From the IMG/VR virus record IMGVR_UViG_3300020020_000001, positions 16,171 to 80,170 of that record: a stretch of 64,000 nt of DNA; one strand, given 5' to 3'. The notes beneath the pieces are model-generated. The model saw only the letters and a list, made by a program, of their open reading frames with translations, was not told where the DNA came from and made no database searches. This DNA is from a virus. The position numbers were made by a program, and so were the translations under genes. Of this stretch, positions 20,568 to 32,239 are shown in pieces. The stretch's first letter is position 1. Each line of letters begins with the position of its first letter.

Positions 20568-21859
20568 TAGTCTGTACTCGCTTCCTTCTGTTCCCAGTAA
20601 TGAAGAGTCTTTCTTTCAAAGAGAGTATCAAGAGTATAAAGGTAGTCCTCGCCCATGTTCATCCCAAGACACGGTTGCTTAAATAGACACCAATTACAAC
20701 TAAAACGACCCGGCTGTGGGTACACTCGCAGGTCTGCGCCAGTCATGTCCATTGCTTCTAGTGCAATAACACGACCAGCCTCTTTGATTTCATGCTGATT
20801 CTTATGTATCTGGTGCCTCTGCGTAAATCGTGGACCCTCAGATTTGAGCCGGAGGAGGTGATCATCGTAAAGTCCCATTTGCCATGCTGGATTGTCCTCA
20901 CGCTGTACCGTTTCTAGGAACATTTCATGTGTGGTGAGGAAATCCTTATTAGTCGAGAAAGACCTGCCCTTGTAGAGTCTGCTCAACTTTTCGGGTGGGC
21001 GTGGGAAAGCCTTTTTAATCTCGACGTAGACGAAGCCAGCGCAGTGAATCCCGTACTGCTCAAGGGCCCACAGGTAGCTCACAATCTGGTCGTCGAGCTG
21101 CAAGAACGACGCCTCAGCGTCTTCGTCGAGCAAACGCGCGGTAGTCTTCCAATCGACGATCCAGTAACGTCCTGAGCTATCCTGGAATAGTCCATCGAGT
21201 CGACCACCGTAGGTGACAGGAAGACCTTTCCAATGGTTTTCTCTATATTCAGACTCAGTAAGTACCGGACGAACGTAGCCAGGTTTGTCCTCTACTGGTA
21301 AGATAGGGATTATTGTCTGCATCCAACCTTCTGGATGCTTAGCAAATTTATTCCAGCATTGGTTACACTTGCAGAACATTTGCTGGTTTGTGTCTGGGTT
21401 TTTGATTGGTACTTCGAAAGAAACTTCAACCCGAAGTGGTGTCCAGTTGTTGTCATACAGAGGAGACACAGTATCGCAGTAGTATTTAAGCATACCTAGA
21501 CCGAGGTCTAGTCGTGTCTTGTACGATTCCAAAATGGTGACATCAGGATCTGGATTGAGCTTCTTATAGTTCTTGAGGTGGGTTTTGCATTCCTGCGCAA
21601 AGGCTACCAATGCTAAGTTACGGCGAATCTCGCGTGGACTTAGCCAGGTGCGTGGCTCGTAGAATGTTTCCATCGCCTTGTGGAAGGCCGTCCCAAACTC
21701 TAATGGTTCGGGTGTAGTCAGTGGATAGTACATGTCACGGTAGATCCAATTCCACCGACGACGACAAGCTCTGAAAGCCCGTCGCTCAGAAGTGTGGAGT
21801 TGGTGCACAAGTTTGCGATCCATATACCATTGGATCTTAGGATCAACTTCGAGTGACAC
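20567..21859 (-). CDS. Cas4-like / PD-(D/E)XK exonuclease
   Basis: 'C.RRW', 'FGTAFH', 'G.LD', 'DWKT', 'Q...Y', C-terminal C..C....C. Confidence 0.85.
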   Translation of the reverse strand: MSLEVDPKIQWYMDRKLVHQLHTSERRAFRACRRRWNWIYRDMYYPLTTPEPLEFGTAFHKAMETFYEPRTWLSPREIRRNLALVAFAQECKTHLKNYKKLNPDPDVTILESYKTRLDLGLGMLKYYCDTVSPLYDNNWTPLRVEVSFEVPIKNPDTNQQMFCKCNQCWNKFAKHPEGWMQTIIPILPVEDKPGYVRPVLTESEYRENHWKGLPVTYGGRLDGLFQDSSGRYWIVDWKTTARLLDEDAEASFLQLDDQIVSYLWALEQYGIHCAGFVYVEIKKAFPRPPEKLSRLYKGRSFSTNKDFLTTHEMFLETVQREDNPAWQMGLYDDHLLRLKSEGPRFTQRHQIHKNQHEIKEAGRVIALEAMDMTGADLRVYPQPGRFSCNWCLFKQPCLGMNMGEDYLYTLDTLFERKTLHYWEQKEASTD

Positions 21860-22687
21860 GCAGAGCCTCCACCTTGTCTTGTAATTCTATGTTTACGCGC
21901 GTGCGAGAAATAGTTCCTTGCATCATGGACATGTTGAGAATTTCACCAACGAAGACTACCACACCACCAATAGTGATATGAAAATCACTTTTCTTACCAT
22001 CAATCCAGTCGATGATAATTGGCTTGTTCTCTTGGTTACGACCTAGAAATTGATCACGGAGCTTCGGACCCATAATGGCTAACACTGCTACAATACCAGC
22101 TACCATGCCACTGCACAAGCCGATGAGTAAGAAAATTAGTTCACGCATGATGTGTCTTCTCACCGACACGAATACGTCTTGGTCGAGTGAGTTCAGTAAG
22201 CCAATCTGGTAATGTTTCCACGTCTAGTGCGTCATCATACTCGCCTGGGTTTGTTGGCATCCCAAGTAGAATTCCATACATGATTCGAGCTAGTGCTCGC
22301 GCCTCGTCACGTTCAGTCTGTGCGTCTACTAAATCGCTCTTTAAGTTTCTACTCATACCTGCGTTCCTTCATCCATTTTGAACGTTCACAATCACATAGC
22401 CAGGTTCCATCGAACATGGCGTGCCAAAAGAATTTGATTTCAGCGACGATCGCTTTAATCATCGCAGTCGAATTTCTAGATAAAGTGCCATGCGACTGCC
22501 GCACATTCTAACCAACTCAAAGCCATATGGGCTAGGCAAATAGAAAAGATCGCCTGTGGCAATCCACATACACAATTTCCAATCGTCACCACTATACACA
22601 ACGTGTGAGTAACTGTAGTTTGGATACTTGTGCACATGAATTACTTCCCACTGACGATCCTTTCTATTACGCCGTACCTGGTATTCC

Positions 22688-24093
22688 TTATTCACCTTCA
22701 TCTTGGTCGTCATCGAAGTCCTCTGCGGTTGGATCTGCCTTAGTGTCTCCGATGAGACGTTTGATCCAGGCCCATTTAGTCTGGATGATCTTTATACGTT
22801 TACGGTCAATGGTGTCATTGGCGATTATATCAATGACCTGAACAGCCTGCTTTTGTCCAATTCGATGGAGTCTATCCTCTGCCTGAAGATTGAGGGCTGC
22901 GGACCAGGACCGATCAATAAATATAACGGTACTTGCCGCCGTAAGAGTAATCCCAACTCCACCTGCGGCGATAGTTCCAGCAAATACTTGAACCTTACCC
23001 TCTTGAAATCCTGATACGATGCGTGCACGTTCGTCGGCAGGCGTTTCACCAATGAATTTGCCAACGGTGATGCCCTTCTTATCTAGCCTTGCTGCTAACA
23101 GTTTAATGACCTGAGCAAACTGACTGAAAACCACAACTTGTTGTCCAGTGGACTCGATAATTTCCATCACCGCATCAATCTTACTAGACGGTTCGGAAAG
23201 CATCATCTTGCCCTTTTCTTCGTCGAACTCAGCGAAGGCGCAGGCAAATTGTTGTAGTCGAGTGAGTTGGGCAATGACCACTGGGGCCACTACTGGTTCG
23301 GCTTCACGCTCACCAATCCAGGCGAGCATATCATCCTTCATAGACTTGTACGCACGAGCTTGCTTTGGGTGCAAGTCTACTCGAATTTCAGTGTAGTACT
23401 TCTCTGGTAGATCAACTAGTACATCTTCTTTTTTACGTCTGATGTAGAACCCAGACATTTCAGACTGTAGCTTCTCTGGGTTGTTGACACCAATAACTGT
23501 CTTGTACCCATTGAAGTTTTCAAACAAAATGTGATCGTTGTAATAATTCCAGTAGCTGGACCAGTAACGTGGGTACAGCCAGTTGAGAATACTCCACAGG
23601 TCGTCTGGTTTGTCAAAAGCGGGTGTGCCTGTGAGTGCAGTCTTGTAACCTGCTGGAATTCTTTTTAGTGTCTTGCTTTGCTTTGAATTTCGATTTTGTA
23701 GCGCATGTGCTTCATCAGCAATAACGTGAAACCACTTGACTTCTTCCAGTTCTGGAATTAGTCGAAGGGCTGGCCAGTGCATGATGAAGACATCATAATT
23801 CTCTTGCTCTAGTTCATCGATAAAGTGCGAACGATCCTTGTTGTTAATTGGGAGAATATTGAGATCAGGTGCCCAAGCAAACCATGCACGTGTCCAGGTA
23901 GACACCATAGCCAGTGGGCAGATGATCAACGTCTTCATTTTGTAGTCTGAAAATTGTGCTCGACGTACTAGATCTAGAGCAATAGCTTCGTGAGTTTTGC
24001 CAAGACCCGAGGTAACATGTCGTCACCAATGAGAACGGCTTTTATACCTTTTAGTTTCTCAACTGCTTCCTGTTGAAATGGAAACAATTTCAT
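22688..24093 (-). CDS. SNF2-family helicase, frame broken by an 8-nt insertion at 24008-24015
   Basis: MKLFPFQ...IGDDM | GLGKT... DEAH, LTGTP, QAEDRLHRIGQ. Confidence 0.85.
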
Positions 24094-24948
24094 TTGTGAC
24101 GACATATTTTTAGATCACCGCCTTAGATCGAAAACGCGCAACGGCGTCATAAGTTAGTAGAATTAATCTCAATGAGTTTCGCTTCCTGGAGTAAGTGTTT
24201 GATCATAGAGCCGTTGCATCTGCGCCTGTACTGCGTTTGTTCTATCAGGCAGAGTTGGGAAGCTCTTGTCTCTATCCAGTGTTGGCTCTGGAATCGTGCC
24301 ATCAGCATTAATCTGCACAATCCAAGATGTATCAAGCCACTCACAGCGTGAGTTGCGACAGTACACAGTCTTTAGTTCACCTGCACCGTGTCGCAATACC
24401 TTGCCCTGTGCTGATACTTGTCCAGGTTGATTACATTTAGGACAACGGCTAGCTTCTTCGAATTTTGTATCAGCCATGCTGATTTCCTCTCAGCTCTGCA
24501 AGTTCTCGTTCTACTACATCGAGACGCTGCCGAATGACTACAAGATCATTGATAAGCGAATCATACCTATTTGGTATGGTCTTACGTTCTATAGCATAAC
24601 TGTTTCCCATGAAATCTTCGTACTGTTCCATGGTAGGTCGGTAATGCAGTAGGTAAATGCTTTTACGAATCTTGTTGCCCATAATCAGCAAGGTAACTGC
24701 GTTCATGGCCTTGAGTGTTGCTGTTGCATGTGTAATAGATGAAGGCAACAAGTTAAGCTCTGTCGCAGCAATCTTGGTAACGTAACCTTCGAAGACAAGA
24801 ATCTCTTCGCCCTCACGAGCTGGATATCCATACTCTTGCAGCTCAATTGCTGGTGTCATCTTTGCATGCTCAGCTAGTTTATCGTAAATTTCCATTGCAT
24901 TTTGAAATGCAATTCTACCGCCGCGCTTCGCGAGTGGTTTGTCTGCCA

Positions 24949-25815
24949 TCACTGCTCGATTGGCTGTGGGAAGGCCATCGTTGAGCGCCAGGAAATTGCA
25001 TTCCGACGCTTCTTATTGGCGTAATCATTCCAAGCAATGATGTAAAGTGCCAAGTGCATAGCAGCATCACGACGCATCTTGGGTTGACCCTTTGATCGAA
25101 CCATGTATTCACGGAGCACACGACGTGGATCATCGTTGCCAGTGTAATTCAGGCCGCTATATAGCGCTTCCAAGAATTCGTTGTGTGGTCCTGTTGGATA
25201 GGCACGTTCACAGACAAAGTAGCCAGCCGTAACTGCTGATGGAATAAATCCAACAGGAATCAACGGAGTGGCGTATGGAACGTATTCAATCAAACCAGTT
25301 TTCTGAACAGTCTGTAGGATTTCGTGGTTAGAAACCTTAGTACCACGCCAGTACTTGTATTCCAGGTTGTCAAACTGAAAAACCAGACGAGCAGCCGCTG
25401 CGAGTGAATTCTGATTTGAGTAACCTGCAATGGCAAGAATCTGTGCCGCAGACCGAGGCAAACCAGTGTCCAAAACGTCGAATACATCGTCTTCAAGTCC
25501 AAACGTAACCTGCATTTGGATCTTGATCTTTGGGTTTGCTGGCAAAGTCTCATCACCCATAGTGGCACCTTGTTCACCAGCTTGAATGACTGCCATGATA
25601 CGGTGCTGGCCATCCTTCATAAAGCCAGACTTGGCAAAACCAATACCTTGATGGGTGAGTCGCCACTTGCCTTTCAGCATGTCAAATGCATACTGGTTGA
25701 CCTTGCGTGCACTCATCGGACGGTTAGTACCAAATTCGCCACGCTGGTAGGGCAAATTCTTTTCTGCCCAATCCTTAGCCTTTGTGAGTGTTACGTCGTG
25801 GACTTCCGTTTTCAT
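24949..25815 (-). CDS. ParB-like (DGQHR) protein
   Basis: 'NR.MS...V..YA.DM..G.W...QGI.F....DGQHR', 'DTG..RS'. Confidence 0.7.
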   Translation of the reverse strand: MKTEVHDVTLTKAKDWAEKNLPYQRGEFGTNRPMSARKVNQYAFDMLKGKWRLTHQGIGFAKSGFMKDGQHRIMAVIQAGEQGATMGDETLPANPKIKIQMQVTFGLEDDVFDVLDTGLPRSAAQILAIAGYSNQNSLAAAARLVFQFDNLEYKYWRGTKVSNHEILQTVQKTGLIEYVPYATPLIPVGFIPSAVTAGYFVCERAYPTGPHNEFLEALYSGLNYTGNDDPRRVLREYMVRSKGQPKMRRDAAMHLALYIIAWNDYANKKRRNAISWRSTMAFPQPIEQ

Positions 25816-26011
25816 CTTGTGTGCTCCATGTATGTATTAACCAGTATATAGTAGTTCGGTTGATTCCAGTCATACGTGCAAGATTGGTTACTTGGTTCGT
25901 TTTCATTGCTTTAAGCAGTAAATTTGCTACCACTTCTCTTTGCTTTTTATATTCTATTTCGTCAGAGTTTAACTTTAGTACCGCCTCCAATAGAGCCGCA
26001 TGTATATTCAT
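25775..26011 (-). CDS. Small HTH DNA-binding protein
   Basis: 'VTNLARMTGINRTTIYWL'. Confidence 0.65.
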   Translation of the reverse strand: MNIHAALLEAVLKLNSDEIEYKKQREVVANLLLKAMKTNQVTNLARMTGINRTTIYWLIHTWSTQDENGSPRRNTHKG

Positions 26012-26064
26012 GTTAGGCTCCTAGTTTACCGATCTTCATGGCTTTCTCCTTGATTATGAATTTG

Positions 26065-26140
26065 TGGTAGTCCCGGTCGGGATCGAACCGACGACCGTCG
26101 CATTAAGAGTGCGCTACTCGTTCCACTGAGTTACGGGACT
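26065..26140 (-). tRNA. tRNA-Lys(CUU), CCA encoded
   Basis: Cloverleaf; loop CUCUUAA. Confidence 0.9.
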
Positions 26141-26151
26141 AGGTACTTGGC

Positions 26152-26180
26152 AGTGTGTCAGAGAACTGTCGCGCTGTCAA
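26152..26180 (-). promoter_or_regulatory. Sigma70-like promoter upstream of tRNA-Lys
   Basis: TTGACA-17-CACACT. Confidence 0.5.
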
Positions 26181-26210
26181 GCACATTTATGTATTTGAAT
26201 GTGTCTATTT

Positions 26211-26675
26211 CTAGCTCTTGTCGAACCAATCATAGTACTCATAACGGTCTTCGTATCTAATAAGTGTTGGTTCGAAGCCAACCTTGATCTCTTGTCACCA
26301 CATTAGCATTCGACCAGTTCGACCGTTGCCATCAATGAATGGATGGATGTGCTCAAATCGGATGTGCTCCATCCTTGGTGTATTGGTCAGATCTGTAAGC
26401 CATTCATCCATAAGTGTTGGCACATCACGCCAGTGTGGGCAGTCACGGCCACCAACGGTGACGTTGGTTAGTCGATAGGAACCACGTCCACCAGGCTTCA
26501 ATAACAAGAAGTTCATCATGATAGCGCTGTGCAATTCGAGTACCATAAACTCATTGAGTGGACCTGGATGATCCTTGATGAGATTCCAAGCTATCCAACT
26601 CTGCCCAATTTCAGCTTCGTCTGTAACACCTTCGATAAGGTTGGACTGTCGGATGTGATCTTCAGTTATATTCAT
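26211..26675 (-). CDS. Fic-domain protein with in-frame UGA at 26295-26297
   Basis: Canonical HPFIDGNGRTGR; frame continues 27 Fic-like residues past the UGA. Confidence 0.8.
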
Positions 26676-27009
26676 ACTCGTCTTCCGAATCTTCTTCCCA
26701 GTCGAGTGCTTCGGCTACTTCTCTGACTGCTACCTTGCGCATCTCATATTGAGCCTCATAAGCAAAAATATCTAGCTCATGCTTTGGCTGTGGGATGTGA
26801 TTGATACCCAAAACAGAGCGCTCGTAGTTCATCTTACTTGGCTTACGGCAACGAGAACACACCCACAGACCAGACGGTCGGTCGAGTGTGTACCCATCCT
26901 GACTTCTATGTGCACCACGCCGATGGCAGTTACACCATGGATGGATATTGAGTTCGACCATTAGTGTCCTTTTGTTGATGTCCGTTTTGTCCTTGAGATT
27001 TACGTGCAG

Positions 27010-27082
27010 TACCCACAGTAGGGATCGAACCTACGACTTACTGCTTAGAAGGCAGTCACTCTATCCGCTGAGTTATGTGGGC
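27010..27082 (-). tRNA. tRNA-Arg(UCU)
   Basis: Cloverleaf; loop CUUCUAA. Confidence 0.9.
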
Positions 27083-27704
27083 TTAACGGATCGTGCATGA
27101 ATTAGTACACGTACTAGTAGAACTATATCACTTGGTATGCCACCAACTTGCGCTATGGCAATCACTATTTTATGCCAGGAATTTGGTTTTTGGTCATTGA
27201 GCCAACCAGTGAATGTAGCAGGTGTTATACCTAAAAACCTAACTATGTCATATGAACCTAGCCAGTGTCGATTTGGCCGCCGTTGGTTGCATCTGCGAAT
27301 CTCAACTACTCTTCCATAAAGAATTGAGTCCGCAAAGAATTCATAAATTTCAATCTCTACTAGTTTAGGCAATAGAAGAAGTAGTCGACGATTCTGTCGA
27401 ACAGCAGCGCCATTATCCATAAACATTGTACCCATTGGAATACTTGATCGTCTTAGCTTGTCATTGATAATCCAAACCTTGTTAGACCAATGGCAAGGTG
27501 TAAGTAAGGTGGTGGCGTACGTATCAGTAGTCCAACCACCTTCGTTTTGTACTCTTATTTCTGTAACTCGCCAACGATAATCATGCTGTAGAACCGTAAT
27601 GGAAATCCCTTTTACGTTTGGTCGTTCCAACATTACATCGGTGTGGAGTTTATATTTTGCGTTATCCATTGTATGCTCATCACTATTAGTTATGTGGTAT
27701 CACG

Positions 27705-28170
27705 TACGCATGGTAGGATTCGAACCTACAATCACTAGGACTTTCTTCCTGCTTTGCCGGCACATCTTTTAGAACAGAATGGGCCGCGACCTTTATATAA
27801 AAGTTGGTTAGTTTTATATCTTTTGTATTCACGATAGAAATTCGAACCACAAATTGGGCATATGAAGTTCTTCCATGAAGTAGGACGCTTTGATTTACTA
27901 AGATTTTCGTCTTGAGTTAAAATTTGTAAGTTATCAATTCTGTTGTCACGGAAATCTTCATTTCTATGGTCAACATGTTCCCAAGACTCAAGCTTGCGAC
28001 CCAAATGTTGTTCCATAAGATAACGTGGATACGATTGTGTACGACCGACCCCATTCTCGTAATGAATTACGAAAAATCTTCCAGGCTTGGAACCCGATTC
28101 ATAAGGTCCATATACAGCAATCATATTTATATCCTAGATCCTAGCGGCTTTGCCATTAGCCCACATGCGC
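27705..28170 (-). tRNA. Split tRNA (probably Leu-CAA; CUA also possible) interrupted by an HNH ORF
   Basis: 5' half ~28137-28170, 3' half 27705-~27743; acceptor GCGCAUG/CAUGCGU, anticodon stem CUAGG/CCUAG, intact D and T arms. Confidence 0.8.
27735..28124 (-). CDS. HNH homing endonuclease with C-terminal Zn finger
   Basis: 'R..ME..LGR.L...EHVDH.N....DNR.DNL'; C..C...FCS..C. Confidence 0.85.
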   Translation of the reverse strand: MIAVYGPYESGSKPGRFFVIHYENGVGRTQSYPRYLMEQHLGRKLESWEHVDHRNEDFRDNRIDNLQILTQDENLSKSKRPTSWKNFICPICGSNFYREYKRYKTNQLLYKGRGPFCSKRCAGKAGRKS

Positions 28171-28435
28171 ATATTCAGTTGTTGAGATTTGGACTTTGGA
28201 ATGTATAGTTGTACCTGTGGGCTAGAATAAGCAAGCCCACACCATTACTAGCCAACACGGTAGCTATGTAAATATATGTTAATGTAAACAACATTACTTG
28301 TTCCTTATTGCAGAAACAAATTCGTAGCCAATCCAGATCGGAATGGCAAACCCACAGGACAAGATTGATGCAAGTAAGAAGCCTGCCCTGATCTGTGACT
28401 TCGTGTTGTACTTAATCTGTACTATGTTGTTCATG

Positions 28436-28507
28436 AGCCCCGTGTAAGAATCGAACTCACAATTCCTTATTACAAGTAAGGTGTTATGACCATTTAACTA
28501 ACAGGGC
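28436..28507 (-). tRNA. tRNA-Thr(UGU)
   Basis: Loop CUUGUAA. Confidence 0.85.
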
Positions 28508-29189
28508 ATATTTAGTTATGTTAGGTTGCCATCCTCACGCAACTTACTTACTCGCTCGAAGATGTCTTCCAGTAATGCAGTTGGATCAACACCTGTAGCT
28601 CTACCAAGCAAAGCCATTAGCTCTGTGATAATAGCAGCGGCACCATCAGTACCAAACAAGAACATTACCTCTGCGTGATCTTGTGTTCTATTGATTCTAC
28701 CACTCAATGCCATAGCAATTACTGAGCTGTCGCTTCCTTCAAAATCTAAAGTAGATACAACACACTCTTTTAGCAAGATCGCATTTCTAGTATCTAGGAC
28801 TACACCAGCTTGGTCATGTGGTCCACCTGGACCTATGATTTTGCCGCCTAAATTACGAGGATCAGCCGTCCTCTTAATTTTACGTCGATTACTCATCATC
28901 CTGTCCAACTCTTAGTTCATCCTCAGGATCTTCACCTATTGCCTCGCAGATCTTAGTCCAGATAGGCTCAAGACACAAACGACATAAATCCTTACGAACT
29001 CTAGAGTTGACACATAAGTCGACATTCAATAGAATGATTAGTTCTTGCGCATATAGATCTTCATTGCCGTCTGGTGGTTCATCAGGATCAACAATCTTAC
29101 CACAGACATCACATTTTATCGTAGTCGTGTATGTTGTGATGATGGTTGCAGGTGCAACCTCGTTGACTACTACGGTTTCTCTTGACATG

Positions 29190-29264
29190 TACTGGTGGAG
29201 GGAATCGAACCCACTATCACTAAGTTATAAGCTTAGCTGCAAGACCAAAGTAGCATTCACCAGC
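29190..29264 (-). tRNA. tRNA-Ile(UAU)
   Basis: CUAAG-CUUAUAA-CUUAG; atypical D arm. Confidence 0.75.
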
Positions 29265-29678
29265 ATATTTAGTTATAACAACTTGAGAATTTCCTCTTTA
29301 AAGTACTGGCCGATCTCCTCCGCGCTCACGATGCCCTGCTCAACGCAGGATTCGAGGTCCAGAGGTAGCGGTCTGCCGGCCCCTGGTGCACGCTGGTCGA
29401 CGAAATCGTGCGCGAGCTGCGCCACTGCGGTCAGGATTAATTCCTTTTTGAAATTATAGTCAACGCTACTCAACTGTTATCACAACTCGATCAGTTTCTG
29501 GGTCATACCGCACGGAATCGATCTTCCAGTACGTGTCACCAACCTGGACAAATACCTCTTTTAGAGCTGCACCTGTAGTCCTTTTGAGTGCACGCTCTAG
29601 GTCAGCTTTCCTCATATAACGAGTCCAATCAAAACAATTGCTGTTATTATGATTATGAATAATGATACAAATTTCACG

Positions 29679-29749
29679 CTCAGGTACCTAGATTCGAACT
29701 AAGACTCCCGCATCCAAGGTGCAGTGGGCTACCATTACCCCATACCTGA
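29679..29749 (-). tRNA. tRNA-Gln(UUG)
   Basis: U1-A72, G73, loop CCUUGGA (C33). Confidence 0.75.
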
Positions 29750-29750
29750 T

Positions 29751-29829
29751 TGGTAGATCGGGTGGGATTTGAACCCACGATTTTGACGAATTAAAAGTTC
29801 GTTCCAATTGACCGCTCTGGCACCGATCT
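29751..29829 (-). tRNA. tRNA-Lys(UUU), CCA encoded
   Basis: Loop CUUUUAA. Confidence 0.85.
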
Positions 29830-30706
29830 GTATTTAGTTATGATGGCCAATTATCTAGATAACTACTACCGAAGTTGGGATCATAGGTGTACTCGTATGC
29901 GAGGTCAAGATCTGCTTTTACTGGAAGACTTCTCCCTCGTGGTGCACTGCCATATACCTTACGCCCACAGAGGCAGCACTTACCATGAACGTCAGTGGAT
30001 TTGTGCTCGCCACTGATGTCCTCTTTGCATGCACCATTACGATTCAGGCGCGCCTCGTGCTCCTCACGTAGACGCGCCCGGACCATTAGTTCTTCAAAGC
30101 TAATCATTCGCTGTCCCAGAGTGCCTGATGCCTGTGGGGAAAGGTTTGGAAATCACCATCTTCAAGGTCTTTACGAGACATCTTCATCATAGTTCTTAGT
30201 TGGCTACGGAGTGTCGTTCGTGCATGACCATTAGCTTCTTTACGGTATACCTGTTCGTGCCTACCACGAGCCCAGATGTGCTGGTTACCAAGATCATTTG
30301 CCCAATAACAACAGCCACGTCCAGACCAAGTGTAGCATTCTACAACGTTAGCTTGCATGTCGCAGATGCCGCGCTCGTGGTTGTGGTTCTCTTCTCTCCA
30401 CTGTGGGTTTTGCATGAGCTTAACCCAGTATGGTTTTGTTTTGTCCGTGTTGGACATGATGCCTTTCCACGCCCTGGTCTCTCCAGGTCGTTACCTATGC
30501 ATCATGTCGACCTCCCAAAAAGCTTAGCGTAAGTTGATGATGTAATCATCATAACCATGGTTAACCAAATGCAGAATGTTACTAACCTTGCACCTGGATT
30601 GACTGAGAAAAGCATAGAGATGAGGACATCAATCCACATCACTATGACCAAAATCCATAGCAACATCCGCATGATTGGATGATCTATGAATTCTCTCATA
30701 GATCAT

Positions 30707-30930
30707 CTATTTTGGCTTTGGAGGATTAGCTGGTGGTACTGGAATGATTGGCCGTGGTGGTGTAGGCGTATTAGCCATTTTGTTCTCCTTAAATGAATTT
30801 CGGTCCTGGTGCTGACCTTGGCTTCGGCTTGGGCGGTGGAGGTGGCGGAGTCGACGGTCTGTTAGGCATTTGGTTTTGGTCTTGGTGGTGGTGGCGGAGG
30901 TGGTGGAGGAGGCTGTATAGGTCTAGGCAC
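30707..30930 (-). CDS. Three tandem proline-rich micro-ORFs (30862-30930, 30789-30869, 30707-30778)
   Basis: Translated by hand; AGGAG SDs or overlap coupling; 22-26 aa each. Confidence 0.6.
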
Positions 30931-31149
30931 TTCTTCTCCTATATGGAAATGGACCGAAATATGTACTAATCTTGTGGAAGAAATCCGGCATTCGCTTGAC
31001 CAGGTTGCGCCATGGTAGGCTGATGACCAACAACAATTTGCCTTCTAGTCATCTCTTTGGATACTTGCTCAAGTTGTCCATGCGCACGTTGCATGCGCTT
31101 TCTGACTGACTTCATTTTGTTGATGTAAGATTCACCAGCTTCTTGTACT

Positions 31150-31680
31150 TCATTCCGAAGCTGTTCCATTTGCCATACAAGTTGGTTGTATTGGTTTATG
31201 ATATCTTCGTTGGCCATTGACGCTCCTAGTAGTGATATTACATCTAAAGCAGGATACAACTAGATTGCTTATATCATTATTTAACTTATCAAAGTTAAGA
31301 TGATCTGATAATATACCATGTATGCCACCCCATGTAAGAGTTACACCACACCAATTGCATTCATGTTCACAATCAATGGATTCACAACCAAGTGAATTCC
31401 ATAAAACCAATCTATGTTCTCTAACAACTCCATTTTGTGGACTAGCTAATGGATGATTCCACATACCACTAAGTGATACATAACCATCTGCTATGTATCT
31501 TCTTATCGGTTCTTGTGTTGGTTCTGGAACCTTTCTTCCTCTACGTTTAAGAGATTTATCACTAGTCCAGTAATCTTTACTTTGAACATACTTGCGAGCA
31601 ATGCCTTCTAAATCCACGTTTAATGTCGCACGGATATACGAAATATTCATTATTGCACTGCTCACGAGCACATAATACAA
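31150..31680 (-). CDS. HNH endonuclease
   Basis: 'HP.A...G.V.EHRLV', C..C, 'DH.N.DK.NN...NL...C..CN'. Confidence 0.8.
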   Translation of the reverse strand: MYYVLVSSAIMNISYIRATLNVDLEGIARKYVQSKDYWTSDKSLKRRGRKVPEPTQEPIRRYIADGYVSLSGMWNHPLASPQNGVVREHRLVLWNSLGCESIDCEHECNWCGVTLTWGGIHGILSDHLNFDKLNNDISNLVVSCFRCNITTRSVNGQRRYHKPIQPTCMANGTASE

Positions 31681-31709
31681 TAGGCATGGTGTTCCTTTGT
31701 TGTACTGAG

Positions 31710-31780
31710 CTCCCTCACCTGGAATCGGACCAAGATCATGCGATTAACAGTCGCAGGTTTTGCCATTAAACTATGAGGGA
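31710..31780 (-). tRNA. tRNA-Asn(GUU)
   Basis: Loop CUGUUAA. Confidence 0.85.
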
Positions 31781-32239
31781 TTGCCCTACCGATTGGGCGA
31801 CATGGGATTGATACTATTCAATTGTAGGCCAAACAAGTTTTAGATATTCAACTATTTTCTTACGTCCATATTCCCAAGTTCCAACGTATGAATTTGATAA
31901 CCAATATTTATGCCATTCATCATCGTCTAATAGAATTTCCATAAGACGTTCAAATCTTTCGTTTTCGTTCATGCTTGTTAGACCTCGCTTGGCTTTATTA
32001 AGTTGTAGCAGTCCTCACAGTTGAAGAACAGATCATTCTCAGGATCACGAGCCTGATCCATAGTTATAGCTCTATCACCATAGACAGCATGTCCACACAT
32101 GGATTGTAAGTTACTAGCATCAGGATCTAGTACATGTGTCGTTGGCTCTATTACTTCTGTCAACTGTGGCTCCAATTGTCCTGGAGTTTCCCATTCATAC
32201 GCTTCACGCCAAGCGGGGTTACTAACAAGCATGTTGATA

